A stretch of DNA of 64,000 bases, from NCBI GenBank assembly GCA_951406725.2, contig OX597840.1:30194001-30258000 (forward strand), written 5' to 3'. The notes beneath the pieces were generated by a model. That model had not been told where the DNA came from. It saw only the letters and a program-made list of their open reading frames with translations, and did no database searches. The stretch is from Octopus vulgaris (lineage: Eukaryota). Below are positions 40,119-56,448 of the stretch, one piece after another. The position numbers were made by a program, and so were the translations under genes. The first letter of the stretch is position 1. Each line of letters opens with the position of its first letter.

Positions 40119-40602
40119 AAAGATTATATTATTATTGAGTCTAACGCTGGTCCAAAAAGGTTGTGCATTTTAAAGGAAGATGTAAGTACTGTTTTGAGTT
40201 CTTGACTCGTAGGGCTGGTTACCTGTTTTCCTTGGCGTTACAAGAGACCAATATCGAAACTTTTCTCCTGAATGGGGGTGCCAGTCTGTCGTAAAGTTAA
40301 TTTCCTAGCTTTTGCTGGAACTCCTTAACTGTTGAGTGGATTGGAGCAATGCAAAAAGGAAGTGTTTTGCTCAAGAACATATTGCACTGTCTTATTCAGA
40401 AACTGAACCCATGATCTTGTGATTGTGAGAGTAACACCCTAACCACCAAGCCACTAAGGGACGGTGTAATTAATAAGAATAAAAAAAAAAGTATATCCAG
40501 TATTTGACAGGTGCTTTGTTTTATTAACTCTGGGAAACTGAAAGGCAAAATTTGTCACTGAAGATTTTAATTTCAGAAAGGAACAAAGCAACTTCTACAG
40601 TT

Positions 40603-40697
40603 GCGTGGCATCTTGGGCAAGTGTCTTCTGCTATAGCCCTGGTCCGACCAATGCCTTGTGAGTGGATTTAGTAGATGGAAACTGAAAGAAACCTGTC

Positions 40698-40771
<74 letters not shown>

Positions 40772-40985
40772 TTGTGTGTCTGTGTTTGTCCCCCTAGCAT
40801 TGCTTGACAACCGATGCTGGTGTGTTTACGTCCCCGTCACTTAGCGGTTCGGCAAAAGAGTTCGATAGAATAAGTACTGGGCTTACAAAGAATAACTCCT
40901 GGGGTCGATTTGCTCAACTAAAGGCGGTGCTCCAGCATTGCCGCAGTCAAATGACTGAAACAAGTAAAAGAGTAAAAGAGAGAGA
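40603..40985 (+). mobile_element. SINE group A, 5'-truncated
   Basis: Sequence match. Confidence 0.9.
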
Positions 40986-42077
40986 GTATAGGTATTACTA
41001 TAAACGGTTGCATTGCTTGTAAAAAGACTGGCATTTCAACAGACAATTCTGTAACAATTTTGCCAAATCCAGACCTTGAAAGTATTCTATTTACCAAACA
41101 TGGAAGGATGAAAAGCAAAGTTGAAATTATCCAAATTATCTTCATGGAGCAGGCATTAACTTCTATATACATGCATTAATTGTTAACATTTCGTTGAAAA
41201 TTTTCCCAGTCCTATAAGAGTCATGTTGCTGTACTGAAATGAAGGATAGAAAAAAGGAATTGTGTTTCCTTCTATTATATCAGAGAATTCTTTATTTCTT
41301 TCAAAATGTATCTCTACAGGGTTAGCACAATTCTTGTAATTGCATGTGTTTCTTGACTATCTTGGCAAATACAGCCCCTGGCAGTATTGTATCTCTCAGG
41401 ATGTTAAGAGTTTTGTTTGCTATTGTATTCTGAAGTTACAAATACTACCATTGAATATTCCATTAAAAACTAAAATAAAATGGTAGAGAACTGATCAAAG
41501 AACACCATAGAACTGGTGTTACAAAAAATCGAAACAAAAATCTGGCTAAAACTTTTTATCTTTTGAGAATTTTTTTTTTGGTAGTATTTTTTATTTATGC
41601 TTTAGAAACTTGAAGATTCATAAATTTTTTCAAGAAATTCATTTTTAATTTGAAGTTTTGTAAGTCCTTCCATCTTGAATTTTAGTTTTGTAGTCTTACA
41701 TTTCTTGTTTTTTTTTTCGTATCCATGTTTTAAAAATCAAATATTACAATTCTGTTTCTTTACCTCGTTTTAGTCATTTTTGGAAAAACTTCAAAATAAT
41801 TTTTGGAAATCAAAAATGGAAAAGTTCTTTGCATATCTACATGCCATGAAATAAATTTTGACAGCTTCTTTCATTTTTTTTTTTGTGTGTAGGGGTGTAT
41901 GTAAACTTGATGGCGTTACGTTTTATCTTAGATATAGACATAACTGGAAGAGAGAGTAAAGAGTCTTGTCTAAGAAATGTTCATACAGACTTGTTTCTTG
42001 TCAAATTGGATGTGGATCAAGAGTCATCAATGCTGTGCCATATTTCTGTCAGCTTTTCCTATACTAAATATAATTTA

Positions 42078-42657
42078 TACACACACACACACACACACAC
42101 ACATACAGATATTAACTTCTACACACATGCACACACATCTGCAAACATATACACATATGCACACATGCACATACACCCATACAGGCACACATATATATGT
42201 ATGCATAGATACACTCACACACATGCACAGACACAGACACACGTACACATACATACATGCTTGGAGGCAGGCACACATACACACTCACACGTACACACTC
42301 ACTCACATACATACACACACACTCATATACACATACGCAGATGTTAATACACACATGCACAAACACACAGGAACACACATGCACACACAGACACATATAC
42401 ACACAAGCACAGGCACACAGACACTCACAAACAAGCACACATGCACACACACACACGTACACATACATACATGCACAGATGCACACACACACATACACAT
42501 GCATACACATAAACGCTCACAAACATATATACATGCACATGAGCACACCCTCTGATACAAACGCTCACACACACAAACACACACTAACTCACACACACAC
42601 ACACACACACACATATGCACACATAAACACTCACACATACACACATACACTCACACA
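42078..42657. repeat. Degenerate (CA)n tract
   Basis: Directly visible. Confidence 0.93.
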
Positions 42658-43044
42658 AAATCAAAACAAAATAAATGGATAAATTTCTTCTCCTGCAGAT
42701 GCAGAGAATCAGGTGTAATGTTTTTTATTTTCAGTTTCAAAAAATTACAAATTTTTTGAAAAAATTATAAACTTTTTGAAAAAATTATTAATTTTTTTTT
42801 TTTAATTTTTAATTTAAAAAAAAAAAAAAATAAAGCAACTAATCAGAGAATCTTAATGTCAGCTTTATAAAATGTGAATTAAAAGAAATAAACTGCAAAA
42901 CCTCAAAGCTTGAAAAATTTCAGACTTGAGTGTGAGGGTGTGGTTTATAAAATTAAAATAGGGGCAGACATGGTTGTGTGGTAAGAAGCTTGATTCTCAT
43001 TCACATGGTTCCAGGTTCAGTCCCACTGCATGATACTTTGTTTT

Positions 43045-43338
43045 TGTTTGTTCCTTCTCGAACAATGCCTGGCTCATAGGGCCGGTTTCCTTGGTGTATT
43101 GGTTCCCCCACCTGGACGGGATGCCAGTCCATCACAGGTGAGCTGCAAGATGCAAGAGGAAAGGGTGAGAGAAAGTTGTGGTGAAAGAGTCAGCAGAAGT
43201 TCACCATTACCTTCTGCTGGAGCCATGTGGAGCTTAGGTGTTTCGCTCATAAACACACACATCGCCTGGTCTGAGATTCGAACCTGTGATCCCTCGACCA
43301 CGAGTCCGCTGCTCTAACCACTAGGCCATGTGCCTCCA
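43045..43338 (-). mobile_element. V-domain SINE nested in a group A SINE
   Basis: CATGATACTTTG on both sides; host SINE spans ~42962-43670. Confidence 0.88.
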
Positions 43339-43977
43339 TGATACTTTGGGCATCTTCTAATATGGCCCCGGGCTAACCAAGGCCTTGTGAATGGATTCAG
43401 TAGACACAAGCTGAAAGATGCTTATCATACATTTGTGTGTGTGTGTGTGTTTCTTTGTGTCTATGTTCATCCCCCCCCCATCATTGCTTGACAACTCAGC
43501 TGGTGTTGGTGTATTTACATCCCCATGACATAGTGGTTCAGCAAAAGAGACTGATAGAATAAGAACCAGGTTTAAGAAAAAAAGTTGTGGAGTCAATTTA
43601 TTTGACTAAAATCTTTCAGGGTAGTATCACATGGCTGCAGTCAAATGACGGTAAAAGATCAACAGATAAAAGATGAAAAATAAATCATTCAGGCATGTAC
43701 CATTTCTCCATTTTTTTCCGTCCTTGTTTTCGTATACATTCGCTGCCTTCTTCCAAGAAATCTAATGCTCTTAGCTTAGTTTTTCCTTGGGGTTAACCAG
43801 ATTGTAGCAATTTCAAGTATAACAAGCCGAAATTGCAAAGATAATCTGGAACTCAACTGAGGACAGAAAACTCCGAATTACCTGTCCTTGTTTCCTTTGT
43901 ATCGTGTATCTGGATGTTTTTTTGTCCTTTTTTGTATCACCTAACTCTCTGAATGTTTTGCATTCTTGTCCCATTTT

Positions 43978-44019
<42 letters not shown>

Positions 44020-44274
44020 AAGTTAAATATATGGCACAATGAAGTACCGATATTTACTGGAAAATAGCGAACGTAATAAATATGACGCTAATGTATAGCT
44101 TCACCGCGTATGTACTAGCAAAAATGCGTGTGTGCAACAAACTTGAAAAAAAATTGTCTTACCTCCAGGGAGAACATCTGAAAGATGAGATACCTAAAAA
44201 GGGATAATGTGGGACCGGTTTCAGATTTTTCAAGATATGTCTGCACACACACACACATATATATATATATATAC

Positions 44275-44500
44275 AGGACAATCAGGTTAGGCAAGTCAAT
44301 ATACAAAATATATTAGATATATTTAATACATATGTTTACATATAAAAAGTCCAATTTACACAGAAAAGGGATGATATCAGGAATTAAAGGGGTTGCATAA
44401 AATATTCCTATTCTTTTGATATGTAAACATATGTACATTTTTTTGTATTATATGTATTTAATATTTTTTGTATGTCAACTTGCCTAACTTGCTTATCCTT
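44275..44500. repeat. Inverted repeat / MITE-like element
   Basis: AGGTTAGGCAAGT...TACATATGTTTACATAT / ATATGTAAACATATGTA...ACTTGCCTAACTT. Confidence 0.7.
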
Positions 44501-44585
44501 ACCTTTACTGCTCTACCTGCTCAAGTTTAAATCTCTTGGGCACTACCAAGAGTATTCTATACAGATAATATCTTTCATCTATAAG

Positions 44586-44619
<34 letters not shown>

Positions 44620-44673
44620 ATATATCTATATATATATCTATATATATATCTGTCTGTCTATCTATATATATAC

Positions 44674-44728
<55 letters not shown>

Positions 44729-44781
44729 ATCCAAACATGAAAACACAAAGAGAAAACACAACAATGTGAGGATGTGGAAAA

Positions 44782-44812
<31 letters not shown>

Positions 44813-44813
44813 A

Positions 44814-44849
<36 letters not shown>

Positions 44850-44874
44850 ATATATATATATATATATCTATTAT

Positions 44875-44909
<35 letters not shown>

Positions 44910-44919
44910 ATCTATTTAT

Positions 44920-44959
<40 letters not shown>

Positions 44960-45003
44960 AATATAGTATTATTGGACGCTCAGGAAGGAAGGAAAGAAGG
45001 AGG

Positions 45004-45038
45004 GTTTAACGTATCGAGCAGAGCTCTTCGTCAGAAAC
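45004..45038 (-). ncRNA. Minimal hammerhead-like motif
   Basis: GUUU CUGACGA A GAGC-UCU-GCUC GAUAC GUU AAAC; one core mismatch; homologue at 50399-50433. Confidence 0.55.
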
Positions 45039-45290
45039 GTGGAGGCGCATGGCTTAGTGGTTAGGGTGTCAGCATCATGATTGTAAGATTGTGGTTTCAA
45101 TTCCTGGACTGGGCGACACATTGTGTTCTTGAGCGAAACACTTCACTTCACATTGCTCCAGTCCACTCAGCTGGCAGAAATGAGTAACACCACAATGGAC
45201 TGGTGTCCCGTCCAGCTGGGGAACACATACACCATAGAAACCAGGAAACCAGGCCCATGAGCCTAGCTAGGCTTTAGGAAAGGGCGCATT
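45039..45290 (+). mobile_element. V-domain SINE (group C)
   Basis: GTGGAGGCGCATGGCTTAGTGGTTAGGG head; ATGGACTGGTGTCCCGTCCAG. Confidence 0.85.
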
Positions 45291-45939
45291 TATCTTATTT
45301 TATATATTTATATATACACACACACACGATGAGCTTCTTGCAGTTTCCTTCTATCAAATCCACTCACAAGTCTTTGGTCAGCTTGCCCAAGGTGTCATGC
45401 AGTGGGACTGAACCTGGAAACCTGGTGGCTGCGCAGCAAACTTCTCATCACACAGGCACACCTATCTCCAAGTTTCTAATTACATGAACTTGAAAAAATG
45501 GTTGCAAGAATTCAAAAAAAAAATAGAAATGGTCAAAGTGCTTTTGATTGGAATAACACATGTAAAGCATATCTGAATCTTAAAAGTATAAATTAAATCT
45601 ATGAAAATGGAATGGTGTAGAAAAAAATTAGAGAAAATTAAATCGTTAATGAATAAAATTTAATTAGATGATTGATTGAAATAATGAAAATTGATTTGAT
45701 AATTTTAATCAAAGCAAAATTAAGATTTCGGTATTGATGTCAGTATTTTATGAATTCCAAAACATGGAACAATCAAAGACAAAGACAGTCTGAAGAATCT
45801 TTCAACATGTATTTTATAAACTGCAATGAAACATTGTTATAGATCTCAATAATCAAATCGATCATGTAAATATTTGCAACAATTATATTTCCTGGTTCAA
45901 ATCTAACTCTATCCAGTTGAATTTTTTTCTTTTGTTTTC

Positions 45940-46270
45940 TTTCATCCTCGTTTAACGTCCGTTTTCCATGCTAGCATGGGTTGGACGGTTTGACCAGGGT
46001 CTGGGAAGCCAGGAGGCTGCACCAGGCTCCAGTCTGATCTGGCAGTGTTTCTACAGCTGGATGCCCTTCCTAACACCAACCACTCCGAGAGTGTAGTGGG
46101 TGCTTTTTACGTGCCACCGGCACAGAAGCTAGTCAAAGCAGCGCTGGCGTCGGCCACGTTTGGATGGTGCTTTTTACATGCCACTGGCACAGGTATCACA
46201 ACTGCTATTCCATTTGATATTTATTTTGATTTTGATGTACTTGACTCAATAGGTCTTCTCAAGTACAGCA
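45940..46270 (-). mobile_element. RTE-like LINE 3' UTR fragment
   Basis: Reverse complement of 52030-52190 plus 53860-54030, without the expanded array. Confidence 0.85.
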
Positions 46271-47006
46271 GGTCACCCTATGATCCAAGGTAAGCACAGC
46301 AGGATGTTCTGCAATCCAACGTACTTTGAATGGGATGTGGCTATACGAAACTGGTGCAGGAAGCAGCCCGGGTCTTTTTCTGGTGAGAAGAGAAATATGA
46401 GTGTTTTGATCAGGGTATTCTTCTGTTGGTCATTGATCTTTAATCTCTACTTGCTTCAGTCATTGTACTGTGACCATGCTGGGGCACTGCCTTGAAGTAT
46501 TTCAGTTGAACGAATCGACCCCAGTACCTATTTTGTCTTTTTAAAGCCTGGTGCTTACTCTGTCAGTCTCCATTGCTAAAGGGTTGAATCAGCCGTGTCT
46601 GGCCCAAATATTTCTCCTCATTTTATGTTCAAGCTAACAAGATCCGACCTCTTACATCTACCCTACAATGAAATTTCAAAATAAACAATCACATTGTCAA
46701 AATCTTGAAGCATTGAAATAATACAGGATTAATTGAAAACAACGGGAATAGATAAGTATTCTGCTCTGTCTCTTATAACTCATCCATAAAAAATGCCCTT
46801 CTTAAAATACTGGATGAAAGCCACTTACTCAATCTGCTGGAGAGCATTGACTGCCTTGGGTGTCATGCAACATGAGAGCTGTATTAAAATACCAAAGAAA
46901 ATGCAAGTATATTCGTGTAGTATAAGAAGTATGCTTTGCAATCACATATATCTGGTTTTGATTCCACGACATGGAATATTAAGCAAATGCCCTTTCAACA
47001 AGACAT

Positions 47007-47420
47007 TTAATGATGAGGATAGAGGATAGAAGTGATGATGTTGATGGTAATAATGATGATTATGATGATTATGATGATAATGACAATGACAATATCAATG
47101 ACATTGAAGATGACGACCGTGGCGATGATGATGAGGGGGAGGGGAATGAAGGGGATGATAATAATAGTGACGATGATGAAGTTGACAATAACAATGTTAA
47201 TGATGAAAAGGAGGATAAAAATGACGATGGCGAGAATGATTATGGTGATGATGTTGATGGTGATGATGACAATCACAGCTACTACGATGATGGCAATGAG
47301 AATAACAATGAAGGTGATGCAGAAGAGGTGGGTGACGATAACGAGAGAGATAATGATGGCAATGACAATAACGGTGATGATGATGATGAACATGAGAATG
47401 ACAATGATGATAATAGATGA
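47007..47420. repeat. Degenerate (GAT/AAT/GAC) trinucleotide low-complexity tract
   Basis: Directly visible; gives acidic pseudo-ORFs. Confidence 0.85.
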
Positions 47421-47456
47421 TTGGTCTGCTCTTCCTTTCATCCAATAGTTTTTACT

Positions 47457-49742
<2,286 letters not shown>

Positions 49743-50332
49743 TTATCTTTTTATCTTTTAGTTGTTTCAATCATTGGCCTGCAGCCATCCTGGGACACCA
49801 CAATGATAGGTTTTAGTTGAAAATAACGACCTCTAGTGCCAGCATTGTTTTTATGTGTGTTTGATAAATCTGATGCTTATTCTACTAGTTTCTTTTACTA
49901 AACTGATAACTTAGAGGGATATAAACAAACCAACACTAGTTGTCAAGCATTAATAGTGGGTACAAATACCAACATATGCACAAATACATACACCACTGAT
50001 TTGAGTGGTCCTGCTTACGTGTCAAAACCATAGTGGTACCCACCAGGCAGCTGAAGATGAGAATATATGCTTAATAAACTTGTTGCAGTTAATCTTTTAT
50101 AATTTACAGTTTCATCATTCTGAGTTCTCCTTCATTCTCATAAGGTTGAAATTGTCGAAGGGTTTAAAGTTTATGTTAGTTTTGTTCTTTGCAATATTAG
50201 ATATATCAATATTATCCTGATTATTTTCATTGCAAATTTTATTATCCTAGGATATTACCAAATTGATTGTTTCTAGTTTTGGTAGATTCTGTAGTATATA
50301 TATATATATATATAGGGATATATATGTGTGTG

Positions 50333-50538
50333 ACCGCGTGTGTACTGTTGGCGATTTTTTCCTCCATCTTCCTTTCCTTGGATTTTTCCCTTTCCTATGT
50401 TTCTGACAAAGAGCTCTGCTCGAAATGTTAAGCCCTCCTTCTTTCTTTCCTTTCCTGAGCGTCCAATAACACTATACTTGTTCCACGTCCTCGCATTGTT
50501 GTGTTTTCTCTTTGTGTTTTCATGTTTGGATTAACTAT
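50333..50538 (+). mobile_element. (TA)n-embedded small repeat with hammerhead-like motif
   Basis: Reverse complement of 44722-44780 plus 44965-45038; motif at 50399-50433. Confidence 0.75.
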
Positions 50539-50741
50539 ATACATACATACATACATACAGACATACAATCATTCATACTTACCTAGGCACCAAACAGTTA
50601 ATCCATTAATTATTAATTATTGAAGTTAACATTTTCATTAACAGTTTAACATTGAAGTTAATTTTTGAAATCATATATAAATGTATGTATATGTGTGTAT
50701 GGATGGATGGATTGTGCATGTATGTATATATATATATATAT

Positions 50742-51292
50742 ATGCATAAAAATTTAGAGTGTAAAAAAATATATTCCAGCTATTCTAGAAAGAAGACTCC
50801 AATCTCCAAAGCCACATATTACTAACTATCAAAAACATGCCTGGTTAATATACCGAATATAAGAATCTACAGCCCTTACCTTTGCAAAAACAAAGAAAAC
50901 ACATCTGAATATCAATTGATTTCACCTTTAGTGCCAAACACTTAAGATGATCAGCTGAACATACTTCATATAACTATTTTTTCAGAATATATACACTACA
51001 CCTTGCGCACCTGTTCGTTTTAATGCCCTCTCAAGATTCAAAAACGAACAATAGTTATATGCAGTAAACTCAGTTGCTGATCCTAAGTCTTTGGCACTAA
51101 AAATGAAATCGATTGATACAGAGATGATTGAATTTTTCTTTCTGTTTTGCATGCATAAAATCTGTTTCTTCTTATATTCGCTACATTAACTGTGAGTGTT
51201 TTGTTTATAGCAAGAAATATGTGGCTTTGAAAGTTGACTCTTCTTTCTCACATAGCTAGGATATATTTTTTATACATTAAATTTTCATGTAT
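50742..51292. mobile_element. Long-TIR MITE (~250-bp degenerate arms)
   Basis: AAAAAAATATATTCCAGCTAT..CAAAGCCACATATT..TTTAGTGCCAAA / TTTGGCACTAAA..AATATGTGGCTTTG..ATAGCTAGGATATATTTTTT. Confidence 0.8.
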
Positions 51293-51818
51293 ATTTACCT
51301 ATATTGGTTAAACTTCCTGGATATTATACTTAGATATAATGTATAATCATATTTTATTATTTAGTATAACTAAAATACATCTACATATTTATATATAAAT
51401 TTAAGATAATATTTAATTAACTTCTAATTTCAGATATTTTAGTTTTTTAATAAACATCTATAGTATAATATTAGATGGTATTATTCTAAATTTTTAATCT
51501 TAATTTAGAAACTCAATTTTAAGAATAATGTCAATTTTAAGAATAATGGTATAATCAATATATATTAATTGTATATAATTATAAAAATAATAAAAAATTA
51601 AATTTTTACTGATTTTTACAAAATTTTATTGACTTTACTTATTTCAAAATATTTTAAATATTCTAAAATTATAAGTTGAGTAATTTAGTTTACCTATTTA
51701 CTGACCGAGAAATTTACTATTTATCAAAGTAAACATTTAAATAAAATAAATTAACCAAGAAAAAAAAGACTATTCACATCATACACTCACTTCTGGTTTC
51801 TGATTTATCAGTATAAAT

Positions 51819-54052
51819 ACCCAGGAAAACCTGGGACGAGGTGGTGAAGCACGACCTTCGAACTTTAGGTCTCACCGAAGATATGACTAAAGACCGAGAC
51901 CTTTGGAAGTATGCTGTGCGTGAGAAGACCAGGAAGGACAAGTGAGACCATAACCCGTGGCCTCTACATGGGATGTAGCCAGTCCACTTATACATACCTT
52001 TCCTTCTTGGGACACAAAACTCTACTTGTGAGGGCCTGTTGAGGCAAGTGAAAATCCCAAATCAAAATCAAAATCGAAATCGATCAACATCAATGGAAAT
52101 TGCAGCTGTGATACCAGTGCCAGTGGTATGTAAGAGAACCATCTGAACATGGCCGTTGCCAGCGCCGCCCCGATGGCCTCGTGCCGCTGGCACGTAAAAA
52201 GCACCATCCGATCGTGGCCGTTGCCAGCCTCACCTGGCCCCCGTGCCAGTGGCATGTAAAAAGCACCATCTGATCGTGGCCGTTGCCAGCCTCGCCTGGC
52301 CCCTGTGCCAGAGGCACGTAAAAAGCACCATCTGATCGTGGCCGTTGCCAGCCTCGCCTGGCCCCTGTGCCAGAGGCACGTAAAAAGCACCATCTGATCG
52401 TGGCCATTGCCAGCCTCGCCTGGCCCCTGTGCCAGAGGCACGTAAAAAGCACCATCTGATCATGGCCGTTGCCAGCCTCGCCTGGCCCCTGTGCCAGAGG
52501 CATGTAAAAAGCACCATCTGATCGTGGCCGTTGCCAGCCTCGCCTGGCCCCTGTGCCAGTGGCATGTAAAAGCACCATCTGATCGTGGCCGTTGCCAGCC
52601 TCGCCTGGCCCCTGTGCCAGAGGCACGTAAAAAGCACCATCTGATCGTGGCCGTTGCCAGCCTCGCCTGGTCCCTGTGCCAGAGGCACGTAAAAAGCACC
52701 ATCTGATCGTGGCCGTTGCCAGCCTCGCCTGGCCCCTGTGCCAGAGGCATGTAAAAAGCACCATCTGATCGTGGCCGTTGCCAGCCTCGCCTGGCCCCTG
52801 TGCCAGTGGCATGTAAAAAGCACCATCTGATCGTGGCCGTTGCCAGCCTCGCCTGGCCCCTGTGCCAGAGGCACGTAAAAAGCACCATCTGATCGTGGCC
52901 GTTGCCAGCCTCGCCTGGCCCCTGTGCCAGAGGCATGTAAAAAGCACCATCTGATCGTGGCCGTTGCCAGCCTCGCCTGGCCCCTGTGCCAGAGGCACGT
53001 AAAAAGCACCATCTGATCGTGGCCGTTGCCAGCCTCGCCTGGCCCCTGTGCCAGAGGCACGTAAAAAGCACCATCTGATCGTGGCCGTTGCCAGCCTCGC
53101 CTGGCCCCTGTGCCAGAGGCACGTAAAAAGCACCATCTGATCGTGGCCGTTGCCAGCCTCGCCTGGCCCCTGTGCCAGAGGCACGTAAAAAGCACCATCT
53201 GATCGTGGCCGTTGCCAGCCTCGCCTGGCCCCTGTGCCAGAGGCATGTAAAAAGCACCATCTGATCGTGGCCGTTGCCAGCCTCGCCTGGCCCCTGTGCC
53301 AGAGGCACGTAAAAAGCACCATCTGATCGTGGCCGTTGCCAGCCTCGCCTGGCCCCTGTGCCAGAGGCACGTAAAAAGCACCATCTGATCGTGGCCGTTG
53401 CCAGCCTCGCCTGGCCCCTGTGCCAGAGGCACGTAAAAAGCACCATCTGATCGTGGCCGTTGCCAGCCTCGCCTGGCCCCTGTGCCAGAGGCACGTAAAA
53501 AGCACCATCTGATCGTGGCCGTTGCCAGCCTCGCCTGGCCCCTGTGCCAGAGGCACGTAAAAAGCACCATCTGATCGTGGCCGTTGCCAGCCTCGCCTGG
53601 CCCCTGTGCCAGAGGCACGTAAAAGCACCATCTGATCGTGGCCGTTGCCAGCCTCGCCTGGCCCCTGTGCCAGAGGCACGTAAAAAGCACCATCTGATCG
53701 TGGCCGTTGCCAGCCTCGCCTGGCCCCTGTGCCAGTGGCACGTAAAAAGCACCATCCGATCGTGGCCGTTGCCAGCCTCGCCTGGCCCCTGTGCCAGAGG
53801 CACGTAAAAAGCACCATCTGATCGTGGCTGTTGCCAGCCTCGCCTGGCCTCCGTGCCGGTGGCACGTAAAAAGCACCCACTACACTCACGGAGTGGTTGG
53901 CGTTAGGAAGGGCATCCAGCCATAGAAACATTGCCAGATCAAGATTGGAGCCTGGTGCAGCCTTCTGGCTTCCCAGACCCCAGTTGAACCGTCGAACCCA
54001 TGCAAGCATGAAAAGCGGACGCTAAACGATGATGATGATGATGATGATGATG
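51819..54052 (+). mobile_element. Young RTE-like LINE 3' end with expanded 3' UTR minisatellite
   Basis: PRKTWDEVVKHDLRTLGLTEDMTKDRDLWKYAVREKTRKDK*, 3' UTR, (GAT)n tail. Confidence 0.9.
52190..53876 (+). repeat. 62-bp tandem array, 27 units
   Basis: Unit GCACGTAAAAAGCACCATCTGATCGTGGCCGTTGCCAGCCTCGCCTGGCCCCTGTGCCAGAG; 53862-52190 = 27 x 62 - 2, matching two 1-bp deletions. Confidence 0.97.
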
Positions 54053-54428
54053 AATAGAAAATACCTTTTAAGAACTTTTAAATGTTAATAAGAATTATCT
54101 CCCTCAAAAAGTAGCTCTCAATGTTGGATTATATGATTGCTAGTAGCCATATTTAATTCATGGAGAGAAAATTACCATTCAGATAAGTTAGCATTTCTTT
54201 TTCCTACTTTTATTCCGCATTTCTGTTCATTATTTACTAAAGTAAAATTATTCCAACAACTTCTAGTTATATAATTTAAGTACTAGGCTTTAAAAATAAG
54301 TTCTGGGGTCAATTTCTTCAACTAAAAACCTTCAAAGCAGTGCCCCAGCATGGTCACAGTCAAATGACTGAAACGAACAAAAAGATAAAAAAGGGACATA
54401 TTAAAGAAGTTACACACACACACACATA

Positions 54429-54459
<31 letters not shown>

Positions 54460-54485
54460 TTACATGCATACATATATATATTTAC

Positions 54486-54960
54486 CTTTCATAGAATACA
54501 TTGCATAATGAACCAAGTTGATTTTGTCAAGAGTGGCTGTGTGGTAAGTAGCTTGCTTACCAACCACATGGTTCTGGGTTCAGTCCCACTGCGTGGCATC
54601 TTGGGCAAGTGTCTTCTGCTATAGCTCCGGGCCAACCAATGCCTTGTGAGTGGATTTGGTAGACGGAAACTGAAAGAAGCCTGTCGTATATATATGTATA
54701 TATATATATATATGTGTGTGTGTATATGCTTGTGTGTCTGTGTTTGTCCCCCTAGCATTGCTTGACAACCGATGCTGGTGTGTTTACATCCCCGTCACTT
54801 AGCGGTTCGGCACAAGAGACCAATAGAATAAGTACTAGGCTTACAAAGAATAAGTCCTAGAGTCGATTTGCTCGACTAAAGGCGGTGCTCCAGCATGGCC
54901 ACAGTCAAATGACTGAAACAAGTAAAAGAGTAAAGAGATAGACTAGAAGACTGACCAAAA
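54486..54960 (-). pseudogene. Paralogous copy of the candidate exon, interrupted by a SINE
   Basis: LVSLLV[SINE]DKINLVHYAMYSMK with the same acceptor and donor as 27274-27339. Confidence 0.5.
54530..54937 (+). mobile_element. SINE group A
   Basis: Near full length; splits the duplicated segment. Confidence 0.93.
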
Positions 54961-55658
54961 CTGGGAGAAACAAAAGCATTAAAAGAAACCACTAACCTTC
55001 GAAATAATTTATTTACCAAAAATAGTTTGGTAAATATTCTTTTGGCCAACAAAGTCATTCCACACACAGGGCACTGTTTAAAACAAAGCACTGGTGTAAA
55101 AAAAATTTAAAAAATTATAATTTGTCCAAAGTACCCATCTGCGTACTTGATCTCAGAATCTCATGTTTTGAAGCAAGCTTCTTAACCACCTACTCATTGG
55201 CCTGCAACATTGTTTATACAGAAAAATCATCGTTGTAAGCTGCCTCAAGCTTCTGGCCTTATGTCAATATTTTCATGACTTTTAAATCAATAATTTGCTT
55301 TCATTTTCTAAAAGTGAAAGCTCTCTCTCTCTCTCTTTCTCTCTCTATCTCATTCTCTCTCTTTCTCTATCTCATTCTCTCTCTCTCTCTTTATCCCCAT
55401 CTCTTTCTAACTATTTCTATATATGTATGTATGTGTGAGTGTGAGTGTGTGTGTACATTGTGTATGTGTTTGTGCATATATATGTAGGTATATACATATA
55501 TATACATACATATATACACACACATGCACGCACACATATATATATATAGACACACACACACACATACATCTATATATATGCAGATACATGCACACACATA
55601 CACACACACATAAATGTATATTATCTATCTATCTAAATATATATATATACACCTACAC

Positions 55659-55701
<43 letters not shown>

Positions 55702-55742
55702 CACAAACATATATATGCATTTATATATATATATACAAACAT

Positions 55743-55774
<32 letters not shown>

Positions 55775-55807
55775 AACATATATGCACTTATATATATATA
55801 TATACAT

Positions 55808-55842
<35 letters not shown>

Positions 55843-55927
55843 CATTATATCTATATATATCTATATATATCTATATATATATATATATATATATACATTA
55901 TATAGATGCATACATACATTTATACAT

Positions 55928-55968
<41 letters not shown>

Positions 55969-56448
55969 TCCTTTCTCTCTTTCTCTCACCTTCTCATCTT
56001 ACTGTTTTGATTGTTTTGAAATTGGCTTAGAGACATATTCACTTTGTCAGGACATAATTTAATTGTTACTTACAAATATTATGCAAAATATACAAACATT
56101 TATTTTCATTCTTTTACTGGTTCTTCCAGTTATTGGAATGCTGCCATGCAGGGCCATCACCTCTGAAAAGTTTAGCCCATCCTATCCCCAACCACCTCTG
56201 GTGCTTAATTATTTTATTCTAGTGCTTATGCCATTGGCCTCTGGTTGTCATAATGGTAAATTATGGAATCTAAAGGAACATCCCAAAGACCCTTGCAGTC
56301 TTTTACCTAGGCTTTGTGAATAAAGATACACACATATTATGCAGTGTGTGTGTGTGTGTGTGTGTGTGTACATTCGTGTGTGTGTGTATGTGTTGGTTTT
56401 TTGGTAAACAGTGTTGAATTTTACAATTCTGTAAATAATAGTAATATC

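Noticed and set aside
43700-43980. Hammerhead at CTGAGGA (43857)
   Set aside because: No GAAA box at a workable distance
47007-47448. Acidic D/N-rich or Met-rich protein
   Set aside because: Decayed trinucleotide repeat that is open in several frames, with no clear splice signals
51300-51780. Possible mitochondrial insertion (very AT-rich)
   Set aside because: No recognisable rRNA, tRNA or mitochondrial protein motif by eye; a BLASTn against mitogenomes would settle it
52190-53876. CRISPR array or HDV-like ribozyme repeat
   Set aside because: No unique spacers or cas genes, and the context is eukaryotic; CCAGCCTCGCCTGG resembles HDV P3/L3 but no P1 or P2 partners could be found
52022-54009. 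639/548/447-aa minus-strand ORFs
   Set aside because: By-products of a 62-bp repeat cycling through three frames
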